DNA of 32,000 bases from Nonlabens ponticola. Lineage in GTDB: Bacteria > Bacteroidota > Bacteroidia > Flavobacteriales > Flavobacteriaceae. Shown here one piece after another: positions 8,674-18,736 of this stretch. Within the stretch, counting starts at the first letter, position 1. Every line of letters begins with the position of its first letter. The notes beneath the pieces are model-generated. The model saw only the letters and a program-made list of their open reading frames with translations. It was not told where the DNA came from and made no database searches. The stretch spans positions 2,280,001 to 2,312,000 of the forward strand of contig NZ_CP034549.1 of NCBI RefSeq assembly GCF_003966335.1. The letters are read 5' to 3'. The translations under genes were made by a program, and so were the position numbers.

Positions 8674-9429
8674 ATGAAATACGGCATTTGTCCCATTTCC
8701 CTTGCACCATTGCGTTTACAAGCTGCTGACGCTAGTGAGATGGTGTCGCAAGTACTTTACGGTGAGTTATTTAAAGTAATCGAACATCGCAAGAAGTGGT
8801 CTAGAATTAGACTACACCTAGATGGTTATGAAGGCTGGATCGACAACAAGCAATATCAAGAAATTGACTCTATAGATTACCATAAATTGATAGATGATAA
8901 TTTTGCTTTCGCGAAAGATCCCATCTCAATAGTCACTCATAGCGATGAAACATTAAGCACCTTAACCATAGGTGCACAAGTAAGCAGTGCTGCTTATTTC
9001 CAAGATTCTGTGGCTAATCAGCAATCTATTGATGAAGAAGATATTGCCAAATCAAATTTGATCAACACCGCACTCTTATTTTTAAATGCTCCTTATTTAT
9101 GGGGCGGCAAATCTCCATTGGGTGTAGATTGTAGTGGATTTACACAACTCGTCTATCGACTCAATGACTTTCATTTAAAGAGAGATGCAAGCGAGCAAGC
9201 AACTCAAGGAGAAGTTCTCAGTTTTATAGAAGAGTCAGAGCCTGGTGATCTTGCCTTTTTTGACAATGCCGATGGTGATATCACTCACGTAGGCATTATT
9301 ATGCAAGACAATCATATCATACATGCCCATGGCAAGGTGCGCATTGATAGACTAGATCAATCTGGTATATATAATGCTCAACTTAACACACATACCCATA
9401 AACTAAGAGTCATTAAAAAGATGATATAA
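8674..9429 (+). CDS. NlpC/P60 (C40) cell-wall peptidase with an N-terminal SH3-like domain
   Basis: Catalytic Cys context GVDCSGFTQLVY, His context ITHVGIIM and a later HAHG. The N-terminal half resembles bacterial SH3 domains. Confidence 0.85.
   Translation: MKYGICPISLAPLRLQAADASEMVSQVLYGELFKVIEHRKKWSRIRLHLDGYEGWIDNKQYQEIDSIDYHKLIDDNFAFAKDPISIVTHSDETLSTLTIGAQVSSAAYFQDSVANQQSIDEEDIAKSNLINTALLFLNAPYLWGGKSPLGVDCSGFTQLVYRLNDFHLKRDASEQATQGEVLSFIEESEPGDLAFFDNADGDITHVGIIMQDNHIIHAHGKVRIDRLDQSGIYNAQLNTHTHKLRVIKKMI
8905..8917. repeat. Near-perfect (13/14) copy of the palindrome, inside the NlpC/P60 gene
   Basis: GCTTTCGCGAAAG followed by A instead of C. Read in frame as GCT TTC GCG AAA GAT, giving AFAKD. 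Confidence 0.85.
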
Positions 9430-9430
9430 A

Positions 9431-9457
9431 AAAACCGCAGAAATGATTTCTGCGGTT
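9431..9457. terminator. Bidirectional intrinsic terminator between convergent genes
   Basis: CCGCAGAA (9435-9442) pairs with TTCTGCGG (9448-9455). It is preceded by an A-run and followed by T-rich sequence. It lies between the plus-strand stop at 9429 and the minus-strand stop at 9491. Confidence 0.65.
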
Positions 9458-9490
9458 AGTATTATTTGCGAATTTATTTCAGATATAAGC

Positions 9491-10666
9491 CTACTTTAAT
9501 TTCTCTGCTTTTTCAGTCATTCCCAAAGCGTTATACAAACTGATTAAAGTTCCTTTTGCCGAATCTAAATCTGGCTTTAATTCTAGTACCTTTTCTAGGT
9601 GAACAGTTGCATTTGTGTAAAGCTCAGTCTGTTCATCAACTGTGGTAGTTTCAAGATTACCTTTGTTGATATAAGCCGTTGCTAGATTGTTTTGGGTGAA
9701 AAAATCATTTGGCTCAATTGCTATACTTTTCTTATAGTAATCAATCGCTTGATCCCAGTTCTCCTTACTAGCGGCTGCTACAGCAAGATTCTTAAATACC
9801 GTTGGGTCTGTTATCTCTTTACTCAAGTTTTTTACAGCAGCCTCGTACTCATCTTGCATGTCTAGTGTTAGATAGATGTCTGCTTTGGCGATCTTGAAAG
9901 AATCATCGTTGCCGTATTTAGATTCTGCTTGAGTAAATAACGCTTTGGCAGCATCCAGGTCTTCCGTATTTCTAGTCAACCATATCAGGTTAGTAACGAT
10001 AGACCCAGCGTCAGATGGAGTTTTTTCCATTCTCACATCCTTATAAGAACCAGAAAGTACAGCAAGATCAGCCGACTTTTTACTTGGGAATCTGGTCGTC
10101 TGCCCAGATGCAACATCTGTTGCTACAATTGATTCTGTGACGCCGGTATAACTCTTATCAAAAAGCACTAAGTAATTAGCCTTTGCGCCATCAAAATCTT
10201 GAACCTGATATGCAAGATTTGCTGCGTTAAAGCGCATTCTATCATTATCTGGACTTTGTGTCAAAAGATAGTTCACGATTTCCAGCGCTCCTGCTTTATC
10301 GTCTGCCGCTAGTTTATCTTGTGCCTTTTTGAATACAGCATTGACCGCTGCTTGCTTATAAACACCTAATTGATCATCATCATAGCCTTTTGACTCAACC
10401 TCGTTAAGTGTTTCAATAGCAGCCATTAAATCCTTTTCATCGGCTTTGATACTAGCTGTGTTACCTATCTTGAGAACAGCATCATAGTAATCATACTTGA
10501 GCCTGTAATCTTCTTCAACACTGCTTTCATCTATCTCATTAAATAAAGACCTAGCATCTGCTATTTTACCTTTACCAACTGCCTTTTCAACTTTTTTCAA
10601 TTCCTTTTTCTGGGCAAAACCTATGGCGGCTACTGCTAGAAATAGTACTGTTAATTTTATTTTCAT
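9491..10666 (-). CDS. Secreted tetratricopeptide-repeat protein
   Basis: Signal peptide MKIKLTVLFLAVAAIGFAQ. Repeated 34-aa TPR-like units (for example WDQAIDYYKKSIAIEPNDFFTQNNLATAYINKGN). Starts only 12 bp downstream of gyrA, so it is probably co-transcribed. Confidence 0.75.
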   Translation of the reverse strand: MKIKLTVLFLAVAAIGFAQKKELKKVEKAVGKGKIADARSLFNEIDESSVEEDYRLKYDYYDAVLKIGNTASIKADEKDLMAAIETLNEVESKGYDDDQLGVYKQAAVNAVFKKAQDKLAADDKAGALEIVNYLLTQSPDNDRMRFNAANLAYQVQDFDGAKANYLVLFDKSYTGVTESIVATDVASGQTTRFPSKKSADLAVLSGSYKDVRMEKTPSDAGSIVTNLIWLTRNTEDLDAAKALFTQAESKYGNDDSFKIAKADIYLTLDMQDEYEAAVKNLSKEITDPTVFKNLAVAAASKENWDQAIDYYKKSIAIEPNDFFTQNNLATAYINKGNLETTTVDEQTELYTNATVHLEKVLELKPDLDSAKGTLISLYNALGMTEKAEKLK

Positions 10667-10678
10667 GATTATTTAGTT

Positions 10679-13198
10679 TTATTCTTCGCTGTCATCCTTT
10701 GCAAGGTCCGTACCACGATCTGTTAATTCGTCTGTTACTATGTCTGCTGCCTCGTCATCATCATCGTTTGCAACTTTCGCGACAGCGGCAATACTATCAT
10801 TTCCTTTGAGATTGATCAATCGTACACCTTGTGTCGCACGACCCATGACTCTCATGTCACTCACATCGATACGTATGGCAACTCCAGATTTGTTGATAAT
10901 CATAAGACCATCGCCGTCTTGGACGTTTTTAAGAGCAACCAGACCACCAGTTTTCTCAGTCACTGATATGGTTTTAACTCCTTTACCACCACGATTTGTT
11001 TCGCGATAATCTTCAAGACTGGATCGCTTACCATAACCTTTTTCAGAAACGACCAGGATATTTGATTCTGGATCATTCACGGCAACCATTCCTATCACCT
11101 CGTCATTATCATCTGCCAGTCTGATACCACGCACACCGCTGGCATTACGACCCATTGATCTAGTTTTCTTCTCATCAAAACGTATCGCTTTACCACTGCG
11201 TAATCCTAACATGATCTGGCTATCACCGGTTGTCAATTTTGCTTCTAGCAATGTATCGCCATCCTTGATGGTGATGGCATTGATACCATTGGTTCGTGGT
11301 CGAGAGTATTGCTCTAGTGACGTTTTCTTAACGGTACCTTTCTTAGTACACATAATCACATAATGAGAATTGATGTATTCCTCGTCCTTAATATCCTGCG
11401 TACAGATCACAGCTTTCACGCTATCGTCCGGCTCAATGTTGATCAAGTTTTGAATAGCTCGTCCTTTAGAAGTTCGGCTACCTTCTGGTATTTCATAAAC
11501 CCGCATCCAGAAACACTTTCCTTTCTCTGTAAAGAAGAGCATGTACTGGTGATTAGTTCCCACAAAAATATCTTCAAGGAAATCTTCATCACGTGTGGTA
11601 CTCGCCTTTTGACCTACACCACCGCGATTTTGGGTCTTATATTCGGTAAGACTTGTTCTTTTAATATAACCAGCATGCGAGATAGTAATGACAACTTGCT
11701 CATCTGGAATCATATCTTCAATGCTCAAATCACCACCAGCGTACTCAATCTGCGAGCGACGCTCATCGCCATACTTCTCACGTACCTCTTCTAGTTCTTC
11801 CTTGATGATCGCCATACGACGCTCCTTTTTGTCGAGGATATCTTTGAGATCAGCAATGGTTTTGATAAGCTCGTCATACTCGCTGCGCAGTTTATCCTGC
11901 TCAAGACCTGTCAATTGTCTTAAACGCATCTCAACGATCGCTCGTGCTTGAATTTCAGATAGATCAAATCGCTCGATTAATTTCTCACGAGCTTCTTCAC
12001 CATTTGAACTAGCACGTATGAGCTTAATTACCTCATCGATATTATCACTGGCAATGATCAATCCTTCTAGGATATGGGCGCGCTCTTCTGCCTTGCGCAA
12101 CTCATAAGTCGTACGTCTTACAACGACTTCATGTCTATGTTCCACAAAATGGTGGATCATATCTTTAACATTGAGCATCTCAGGACGACCGTTTACTAGC
12201 GCAATATTATTAACGCTAAACGACGATTGCAGCGCAGTATGCTTGTACAGTTTATTGATGACGATGTTAGGAATCGCATCACGTTTCAAAACGTAAACGA
12301 TGCGCATTCCCTTTCTATCAGACTCATCACGTATGGATGAGATACCTTCTAGCTTCTTATCATTAATAAGGTCTGCCGTTTTCTTAATCATATCTGCCTT
12401 ATTGACTTGATATGGCAGTTCATCTACAAGAATACACTCGCGACCTTTAACCTCTTCAATTCTTACACGACCGCGTATCTTGACACGACCGCGACCTGTA
12501 TGCATGGCATCCTTTACACCATCATAACCATAGATAATACCACCAGTAGGAAAATCTGGAGCCTTGATATGCTGGATCAATTCATCGATCTCAATATCAT
12601 TATTATCGATGTAAGCGATAGTTCCATCCACGACCTCAGTCAAATTGTGTGGTGGCATATTAGTCGCCATACCTACCGCTATACCGCTGGCGCCGTTGAC
12701 TAGTAGATTAGGAATTTTAGTTGGAAGAACAGTTGGTTCAGATAACGTGTCGTCAAAATTGAGTTGCGTATCAACTGTTTCCTTATCAATATCCGCAAGC
12801 ATCTCTTCAGATATTTTGCGCATTCTAGCCTCTGTATAACGCATGGCAGCTGGTGGATCACCATCTACACTACCAAAGTTTCCCTGACCATCAACGAGCA
12901 TGTAGCGCAACGACCATTCCTGGGCCATACGCACCATGGTGTCATAGACTGATGTATCACCATGCGGGTGATATTTACCCAGTACCTCACCTACAATTCT
13001 CGCACTCTTTTTATATCCACGATTAGACAGTACGCCCAGCTCATACATTCCATAAAGGACACGTCTGTGCACAGGCTTGAGACCATCTCGCACATCTGGC
13101 AGTGCTCGTGACACTATGACCGACATCGAGTAATCGATGTAGGCTGATTTCATCTCATCCTCAATATTGATTGGGATTAACTTTTCTCCATCTGCCAT
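10679..13198 (-). CDS. gyrA: DNA gyrase subunit A
   Basis: 839 aa. Contains [27 protein letters not shown] and the active-site region AAMRYTE. C-terminal beta-pinwheel repeats are followed by an acidic tail. Confidence 0.97.
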   Translation of the reverse strand: MADGEKLIPINIEDEMKSAYIDYSMSVIVSRALPDVRDGLKPVHRRVLYGMYELGVLSNRGYKKSARIVGEVLGKYHPHGDTSVYDTMVRMAQEWSLRYMLVDGQGNFGSVDGDPPAAMRYTEARMRKISEEMLADIDKETVDTQLNFDDTLSEPTVLPTKIPNLLVNGASGIAVGMATNMPPHNLTEVVDGTIAYIDNNDIEIDELIQHIKAPDFPTGGIIYGYDGVKDAMHTGRGRVKIRGRVRIEEVKGRECILVDELPYQVNKADMIKKTADLINDKKLEGISSIRDESDRKGMRIVYVLKRDAIPNIVINKLYKHTALQSSFSVNNIALVNGRPEMLNVKDMIHHFVEHRHEVVVRRTTYELRKAEERAHILEGLIIASDNIDEVIKLIRASSNGEEAREKLIERFDLSEIQARAIVEMRLRQLTGLEQDKLRSEYDELIKTIADLKDILDKKERRMAIIKEELEEVREKYGDERRSQIEYAGGDLSIEDMIPDEQVVITISHAGYIKRTSLTEYKTQNRGGVGQKASTTRDEDFLEDIFVGTNHQYMLFFTEKGKCFWMRVYEIPEGSRTSKGRAIQNLINIEPDDSVKAVICTQDIKDEEYINSHYVIMCTKKGTVKKTSLEQYSRPRTNGINAITIKDGDTLLEAKLTTGDSQIMLGLRSGKAIRFDEKKTRSMGRNASGVRGIRLADDNDEVIGMVAVNDPESNILVVSEKGYGKRSSLEDYRETNRGGKGVKTISVTEKTGGLVALKNVQDGDGLMIINKSGVAIRIDVSDMRVMGRATQGVRLINLKGNDSIAAVAKVANDDDDEAADIVTDELTDRGTDLAKDDSEE

Positions 13199-13371
13199 TT
13201 AAAATCTTCTTTAGTTACCTTAAAAATTAACAACTAGCAATTTAATGAAATCACTATATATAATAAGGACTTTGGGCGATTTACACGTTGTTTTTATTAA
13301 CACTTTGCACCTGTTCTTGTGGATAAGTTGTGATGCTCTCAAATCGTTGTTATAATGTGTGTTTTGATTAC

Positions 13372-13385
13372 GCTTTCGCGAAAGC
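13372..13385. repeat. Copy of the 14-bp palindrome, in the gyrA/clpC divergent intergenic region
   Basis: Exact match, extended to the 18-bp palindrome ACGCTTTCGCGAAAGCGT (13370-13387). Ends 80 bp before the clpC-like ATG at 13465 (motif start 93 bp upstream). Confidence 0.95.
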
Positions 13386-13464
13386 GTGCTCACATTAACG
13401 CGACTTTACTATACGGAACGCTTTTTGAATAATACTATTCATTACATTTAGACAAAGAAGTGAT

Positions 13465-16014
13465 ATGGACGATAATTTTTCACCACGAGTAAAAGACGTG
13501 ATTGCCTACAGCAAGGAAGAAGCGCTGCGATTGGGTCACGATTTTATAGGAACTGAACATCTAATGCTAGGACTGTTGCGCGATGGTAGCGGTAAAGCAA
13601 TTGATATATTAAACAATTTATCTGTTGATCTGGATCATTTGAGGCGCAAGGTTGAAATCTTGAGCCCAGCAAATCCAAGCAACAGTGGTACGGTAAACGA
13701 GAAGAAAAATCTGCATTTGACGCGCCAGGCAGAACGTGCTTTAAAGACTACATTTCTAGAAGCCAAACTTTTTCAAAGTACGTCAATCAACACGGCGCAC
13801 CTACTATTATGCATCCTGCGCAATGAGAATGATCCTACTACAAAGCTGCTTAATAAGCTTAAGGTAGATTATGACAATGTTAAGGAAGAATTCAAACTTA
13901 TGCTATCGCAGGATGATGGATATGTTGAAGACCCTATGGCGCAATCCTTTAGCGATGAGCCAGAAGACATGAAAGAAGGTGACAACGAGAATCTGTTTTC
14001 TCAAAGCGGCGATAAGAAAACCAATAAGAAGTCAAAGACACCGGTGCTGGACAACTTTGGTCGTGATCTAACCCGTATGGCCGAAGATGATAAACTTGAT
14101 CCAGTAGTAGGTCGTACTGAGGAAATACAGCGCGTGTCGCAGATATTGAGCCGCCGCAAAAAGAATAACCCATTACTTATAGGAGAGCCTGGTGTTGGTA
14201 AAAGTGCCATTGCCGAAGGTCTTGCCTTGCGTATCGTACAACGTAAAGTATCGCGCATACTTTATGACAAGCGAGTCATAACACTTGATCTTGCTAGTCT
14301 TGTTGCTGGAACTAAATATCGAGGCCAGTTTGAAGAGCGCATGAAAGCTGTGATGAATGAGCTTGAGAAGAACGACGATATCATCCTATTTATAGATGAG
14401 ATTCACACCATCGTTGGCGCTGGTGGCGCTGCTGGGTCACTAGATGCCAGCAATATGTTCAAACCAGCTCTAGCACGTGGAGAAATTCAATGCGTAGGTG
14501 CTACCACACTGGATGAATACCGTAACAGCATTGAGAAAGATGGCGCGCTTGAAAGACGTTTTCAAAAAGTAATGGTAGAACCTACTACGGTAGATGAGAC
14601 CATTGAAATATTGAATAACATCAAGGAAAAATATGAGGATCACCACAATGTAGCATATACTGATGCTGCTATTGAGGCCTGTGTTAAACTAACTAGTCGC
14701 TATATGACTGATCGTTTTTTACCAGATAAGGCCATTGATGCATTAGATGAAGCTGGATCACGTATTCATATTGCCAATATTGAAGTACCTCAACAAATTC
14801 TTGATCTAGAAAAGCAACTTGAAGAAGTTAAGAAAGAGAAAAATACGGTGGTCAAAAAGCAGAAGTATGAACAAGCTGCTAAGTTGCGTGACGACGAGAA
14901 AAAACTAGAAAAAGCTCTGGCCGAGGCTCAAGAAGCTTGGCAGGAAGCGAGCAAACTGCAACGCGACACAGTGACTGAAGAAAATGTTGCCGAAGTAGTG
15001 AGCATGATGACAGGAATTCCTGTCAATCGTATTGCTACCAAGGAAATGAAAAAGCTTAAAGATCTTGATGGTACTATCACCGACCTAGTTATAGGCCAAG
15101 ATAAAGCGGTAAATCAAGTCGTTAAGGCAATCCAGAGAAACCGTGCTGGTTTGAAAGATCCTAACAAGCCGATTGGTTCATTTATATTCTTGGGTCAAAC
15201 TGGTGTTGGTAAAACCCAACTCGCCAAAGTGCTTGCCAAAGAACTCTTTGACTCTGATAGCTCATTGATACGTGTTGATATGAGTGAATACATGGAGAAA
15301 TTTGCCATCTCACGATTGATAGGTGCGCCTCCAGGATATGTAGGTTATGAAGAAGGTGGCCAACTTACTGAGAAAGTGAGACGTAAGCCGTATGCTGTCA
15401 TCCTACTTGATGAGATTGAAAAGGCGCATCCAGATGTGTTTAACATGTTGCTGCAGGTTCTTGATGATGGTTATTTGACGGATAGTTTGGGTCGCAAGAT
15501 TGACTTCCGCAATACTATTATTATCATGACGTCAAATGTTGGTGCTAGAAAGCTTAAGGACTTTGGTTCTGGAGTAGGTTTTGGAACCAGTGCTCGTAAG
15601 ATGGCCGAAGGCGACAATGCCCGTGGCGTTATTGAGGCTGCTTTGAAAAAAACCTTTGCACCAGAATTCTTGAATAGAATAGATGATGTAATCGTGTTTA
15701 ATGCGCTAGAACGTGAGGATATACATAAAATCATTGACATTGAATTGAGTAAACTATTTGCTCGTATTGACGATCTAGGATACAAATTGACCTTAAGTAC
15801 CGAAGCCAAAGATTATATAGCCGACAAAGGATTTGATAAGCAATATGGCGCCAGACCACTCAAGAGAGCTATTCAAAAATATATTGAGGACGCACTAGCA
15901 GAGGAAATCGTGAACAGTCAATTAACTGAAGGCGATAAAATCTTCATGGATCTCGATAAGGAGTCTAATGAGTTGATTGTCAAGATTGAAAAATCAGTCG
16001 AGTCCACGGAATAA
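13465..16014 (+). CDS. clpC: ATP-dependent Clp protease ATP-binding subunit (ClpC-type Hsp100)
   Basis: 849 aa. Clp N-domain repeats, two AAA+ modules ([17 protein letters not shown]) and a UVR-like linker [17 protein letters not shown] between them. Confidence 0.92.
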   Translation: MDDNFSPRVKDVIAYSKEEALRLGHDFIGTEHLMLGLLRDGSGKAIDILNNLSVDLDHLRRKVEILSPANPSNSGTVNEKKNLHLTRQAERALKTTFLEAKLFQSTSINTAHLLLCILRNENDPTTKLLNKLKVDYDNVKEEFKLMLSQDDGYVEDPMAQSFSDEPEDMKEGDNENLFSQSGDKKTNKKSKTPVLDNFGRDLTRMAEDDKLDPVVGRTEEIQRVSQILSRRKKNNPLLIGEPGVGKSAIAEGLALRIVQRKVSRILYDKRVITLDLASLVAGTKYRGQFEERMKAVMNELEKNDDIILFIDEIHTIVGAGGAAGSLDASNMFKPALARGEIQCVGATTLDEYRNSIEKDGALERRFQKVMVEPTTVDETIEILNNIKEKYEDHHNVAYTDAAIEACVKLTSRYMTDRFLPDKAIDALDEAGSRIHIANIEVPQQILDLEKQLEEVKKEKNTVVKKQKYEQAAKLRDDEKKLEKALAEAQEAWQEASKLQRDTVTEENVAEVVSMMTGIPVNRIATKEMKKLKDLDGTITDLVIGQDKAVNQVVKAIQRNRAGLKDPNKPIGSFIFLGQTGVGKTQLAKVLAKELFDSDSSLIRVDMSEYMEKFAISRLIGAPPGYVGYEEGGQLTEKVRRKPYAVILLDEIEKAHPDVFNMLLQVLDDGYLTDSLGRKIDFRNTIIIMTSNVGARKLKDFGSGVGFGTSARKMAEGDNARGVIEAALKKTFAPEFLNRIDDVIVFNALEREDIHKIIDIELSKLFARIDDLGYKLTLSTEAKDYIADKGFDKQYGARPLKRAIQKYIEDALAEEIVNSQLTEGDKIFMDLDKESNELIVKIEKSVESTE

Positions 16015-16035
16015 TACTTTTAAATAATTAATTTG

Positions 16036-16078
16036 AAACCATCCAGCTGCTTTTTAACGAGCAACTGGATGGTTTTTT
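16036..16078 (+). terminator. Intrinsic terminator of the clpC-like gene
   Basis: 11-bp stem AAACCATCCAG / CTGGATGGTTT followed by a T6 run. Starts 22 nt after the stop codon. Confidence 0.7.
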
Positions 16079-16173
16079 CATTTACGAAAACGTTGGATTA
16101 AAACAGAAACAGGCAATTCATCGATTTATATTCTCAGTTCAAAACATTTCATGACCCAACACTTGTATAGGTC

Positions 16174-16181
16174 TAATTTTG
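16174..16181 (+). promoter_or_regulatory. Candidate -7 box TAatTTTG for the tandem paralogue pair
   Basis: Exact TAnnTTTG match ending 24 nt before the ATG at 16206. No clear -33 TTTG was found. Confidence 0.35.
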
Positions 16182-16205
16182 TGTCAGTTATGTAAAAATA
16201 CTGTC

Positions 16206-16598
16206 ATGAAACTATTAGAATTAGAATTTGGTACATTCCTATTAGATGATAACTATGTTATTGGCGAGATCAATGAGGGCGTGCATGTGGACCTTCAGAT
16301 CAATGCAATTATAGACAACTTGATACGTGAACATTATGGCAATCAACCTATAGGTTATATAAGTAGACGTATCAATGATTACAGTGTTGATCCTCTAGTT
16401 CATCAATCAAATCTTGAGAATAGTATTATTCAAACCTTTGCCGTAGTAGATGGAAAAAAAGAGGATCCTGCTGTTTATGAAAGTGAGACCCGATTCCTAG
16501 ATTCTGATCAAGTGCGATTCTTTTCTAAGACCAGACAAGCTATCGCCTGGACACGCACTACAAGTCGTTTTCCTATTGACGTCGCTCAACTTAATTAG
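16206..16598 (+). CDS. Hypothetical protein, paralogue A (130 aa from MKLLELEFG)
   Basis: Open frame. It aligns by eye along its N-terminal ~85 aa with the next gene (MKLxxLEFGxFxLxDxYVxGEIxEGVHxD...GYISxRxxxYSVDPLVH). The start was moved to the ATG at 16206 so that it matches the paralogue's N-terminus. Confidence 0.7.
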   Translation: MKLLELEFGTFLLDDNYVIGEINEGVHVDLQINAIIDNLIREHYGNQPIGYISRRINDYSVDPLVHQSNLENSIIQTFAVVDGKKEDPAVYESETRFLDSDQVRFFSKTRQAIAWTRTTSRFPIDVAQLN

Positions 16599-16631
16599 TG
16601 AATATTTCAATAGTAACTTCAAACTAATCTT

Positions 16632-17024
16632 ATGAAATTAATACACTTAGAATTCGGAAGATTCGAGCTTCACGATCATTATGTAGTAGGTGAAATTTTT
16701 GAGGGTGTACATTTTGACCATGACCTCAATCAAATAGTAAAAGATCTTGCTATGGAAAATTATGGCCCCATTAAAAAAGTAGGCTACATAAGTGTGAGGC
16801 GTCATAATTATAGTGTTGATCCATTGGTGCATTTTGAGAATAAACGCTTCCAAATACTCAATAGTGTGGCCGTGGTAAATGTTAGAGAAAACTCTAGACC
16901 TACTCACGATATCGAGGCATGTTTTTACTGGAAGAATAGATTAAAAGGCTTTGATGATCAACAAGTAGCACTTAACTGGACGCAAAGAATGCTAGATCAA
17001 TCACAAAAAACATTGCTTAATTAG
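16632..17024 (+). CDS. Hypothetical protein, paralogue B (130 aa)
   Basis: Tandem paralogue of the preceding gene, 33 bp downstream. Same length, and both end in LN. Confidence 0.7.
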   Translation: MKLIHLEFGRFELHDHYVVGEIFEGVHFDHDLNQIVKDLAMENYGPIKKVGYISVRRHNYSVDPLVHFENKRFQILNSVAVVNVRENSRPTHDIEACFYWKNRLKGFDDQQVALNWTQRMLDQSQKTLLN

Positions 17025-17072
17025 ATTTTAATTCAACCTTTTCCTCATCCAACTATTTTCAGGACCTACCTA

Positions 17073-18602
17073 CTAGGAGTTACTAGCCTCAGGATTTCTA
17101 AATAGTTGTAGGATCGCTGCGCCTATGAAGTTAGAAATCAAGCTTGCCTTCAAGCCTTCATGAGCATAACTCTGCGCCACTAGGTCACCTGCCGCACCAT
17201 GAATGTACACGCCAAAAACTGCTGCCATTAACGGCTCATAACCTTGAGCGATAAGGCTGGAAATCATACCTGCCAGCACGTCACCACTACCAGCCGTCGC
17301 CATTCCTGGATTACCAGAATCATTTATGTACACGTGATCACCAGATACTGTCATCGTGTGAGCGCCTTTTAACACCAGTATTACATCATATTTTTTAGAA
17401 AGTTCTTTGGCTTTTTCAAGTCGCTCCGTACTGTTATTCCACTTACCGACCAATCTTTCTAATTCACCATCATGCGGTGTTAAAATGGATTGTGCTGGGA
17501 CTTCCTTTAAGAATGCTCGCTTGTTGGCCAATATATTGAGTCCATCGGCGTCTATGACTATGGGTGATGATTGATATTTTATAGCTTTCGCGAAAGCTGA
17601 AACAGTAACGTCATCCTGCCCTATACCTGGTCCAATACACATCACATAATCTTTAACAGGAATCCTGATGTCACTTAAAGCATGGTCATCATCGTCCAAC
17701 AATGTCATTACCTCTGGCAAGCTAGTCTGCATAATGATATCGCCATCATTTGGGATATAAGCCGTGACCTTACCAGCACCAGCATTAATGGCAGCACCAG
17801 CACACAGTACCGCAGCACCCATGGTGCTTTCATGACCAGCGACACAAACAACATGACCGTAATCTCCTTTATGGGTGAATTTCTTTCTAGGCTTATAAAT
17901 GTTTTGTGCAGCTTCTCTAGTTATCAACGTAGCAATAGGTTGCGCCTGATTGATATATGCCGGATCCAATCCTATATCGATGACTTCAAAAGTCCCAACA
18001 AAATCACCTGTATCTACCTGAAAAAAGCTCAGTTTGGGAGTTTGAAAAGTGAACGTGTGATCTGCCTTGATAATCGCAGAGTTTTCTGGTTGTGCTGTAT
18101 CTGCCAATAGACCGCTGGGCATATCGACCGCTACGGTAAATGCTTGGGTGGCGTTGATGGCTTCAAATAAATCTGCCATCCATCCATCAACTGGCCTGTT
18201 GAGTCCAGTGCCAAAAATCGCGTCAACAACAATATCGCCATTATCAATAGCAGGAATGTCATCCTTACAATCTAGAAGTATCGGCCAATCTTTAGTAATA
18301 TCTTTAATACGTTCATAATTCTTAAGAAAATCATCTGATCTATGCTTGCTACAATTTGTAATGTAGGTGGTTACATGATATCCATGTTGTATCATATGCC
18401 TTGCTATAGCAAGACCATCACCACCATTATTCCCAATACCACAAAATATTTTAATAGGTACGGGTGCGCCATTAAGTCGCTGATGCATGCGCTCAAAAAC
18501 TAATTGCGCAACGCGCTCCATGAGTTCATCGCTGGTAATGTTTTGCGATTTGAGTGTGGCTTGATCTGCTTGAGCTAATTGCTGTGCACTTAATATTTTC
18601 AA
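17073..18602 (-). CDS. nnr: Bifunctional NAD(P)H-hydrate repair enzyme (epimerase plus ADP-dependent dehydratase)
   Basis: YjeF N-terminal motif GIGNNGGDGLA. C-terminal carbohydrate-kinase-like domain with TAGSGDVLAG. 509 aa. Confidence 0.9.
   Translation of the reverse strand: MKILSAQQLAQADQATLKSQNITSDELMERVAQLVFERMHQRLNGAPVPIKIFCGIGNNGGDGLAIARHMIQHGYHVTTYITNCSKHRSDDFLKNYERIKDITKDWPILLDCKDDIPAIDNGDIVVDAIFGTGLNRPVDGWMADLFEAINATQAFTVAVDMPSGLLADTAQPENSAIIKADHTFTFQTPKLSFFQVDTGDFVGTFEVIDIGLDPAYINQAQPIATLITREAAQNIYKPRKKFTHKGDYGHVVCVAGHESTMGAAVLCAGAAINAGAGKVTAYIPNDGDIIMQTSLPEVMTLLDDDDHALSDIRIPVKDYVMCIGPGIGQDDVTVSAFAKAIKYQSSPIVIDADGLNILANKRAFLKEVPAQSILTPHDGELERLVGKWNNSTERLEKAKELSKKYDVILVLKGAHTMTVSGDHVYINDSGNPGMATAGSGDVLAGMISSLIAQGYEPLMAAVFGVYIHGAAGDLVAQSYAHEGLKASLISNFIGAAILQLFRNPEASNS
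17584..17597. repeat. Copy of the 14-bp palindrome, inside nnr
   Basis: Exact match (AGCTTTCGCGAAAGCT with one extra palindromic base each side). Read as AFAKA in VSAFAKAIKY. Confidence 0.95.
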
Positions 18603-18710
18603 GATTCAGTATTTTGAGATGCAAGTTAACACATAAGTTTCATGCTCATTTAGCGTACTAGTTCTTAGAATTAAAGGGTTGGTGGCTGTGATAACCTGTT
18701 TCTTAATTTA

Positions 18711-18718
18711 TACATTTG
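18711..18718 (+). promoter_or_regulatory. Candidate -7 box TAcaTTTG for gcvT
   Basis: Exact TAnnTTTG match ending 18 nt before the ATG at 18737. It overlaps the ORF track's TTG at 18716, which argues for the downstream ATG as the true start. Confidence 0.4.
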
Positions 18719-18736
18719 CCGCTCAAAATTGACCTT

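Noticed and set aside
10773-10786. Degenerate palindrome-like word ACTTTCGCGACAGC in the gyrA 3' end, read as AVAKV.
   Set aside because: It has two mismatches to the 14-mer and is no longer palindromic. It could be a decayed copy, but it cannot be told apart from chance without genome-wide statistics.
10740-12952. Six plus-strand ORFs of 62-143 aa inside gyrA. Similar antisense ORFs lie inside ppx, ppk, the HD-domain gene, thiolase, clpC, nnr, gcvT, menB, blaR1-like, the PQQ dehydrogenase and menD.
   Set aside because: All lie wholly within long, confidently identified genes on the opposite strand or in another frame. Their composition is low-complexity and Ser/Ile/Leu-rich, as is typical of shadow ORFs. 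None has independent start or promoter evidence.
13318-13326. Perfect DnaA-box 9-mer (TGTGGATAA, the reverse complement of TTATCCACA) in the gyrA/clpC intergenic region.
   Set aside because: It is a single box. One perfect 9-mer has roughly a 1-in-4 chance of appearing somewhere in 32 kb on either strand. There is no cluster of boxes, no AT-rich unwinding element, and no dnaA or dnaN nearby, so there is no support for an origin.
18603-18736. Possible glycine riboswitch upstream of gcvT.
   Set aside because: The leader region is only ~130 bp, and the candidate -7 box ends 18 nt before the ATG. I could not find the conserved glycine-aptamer core elements.
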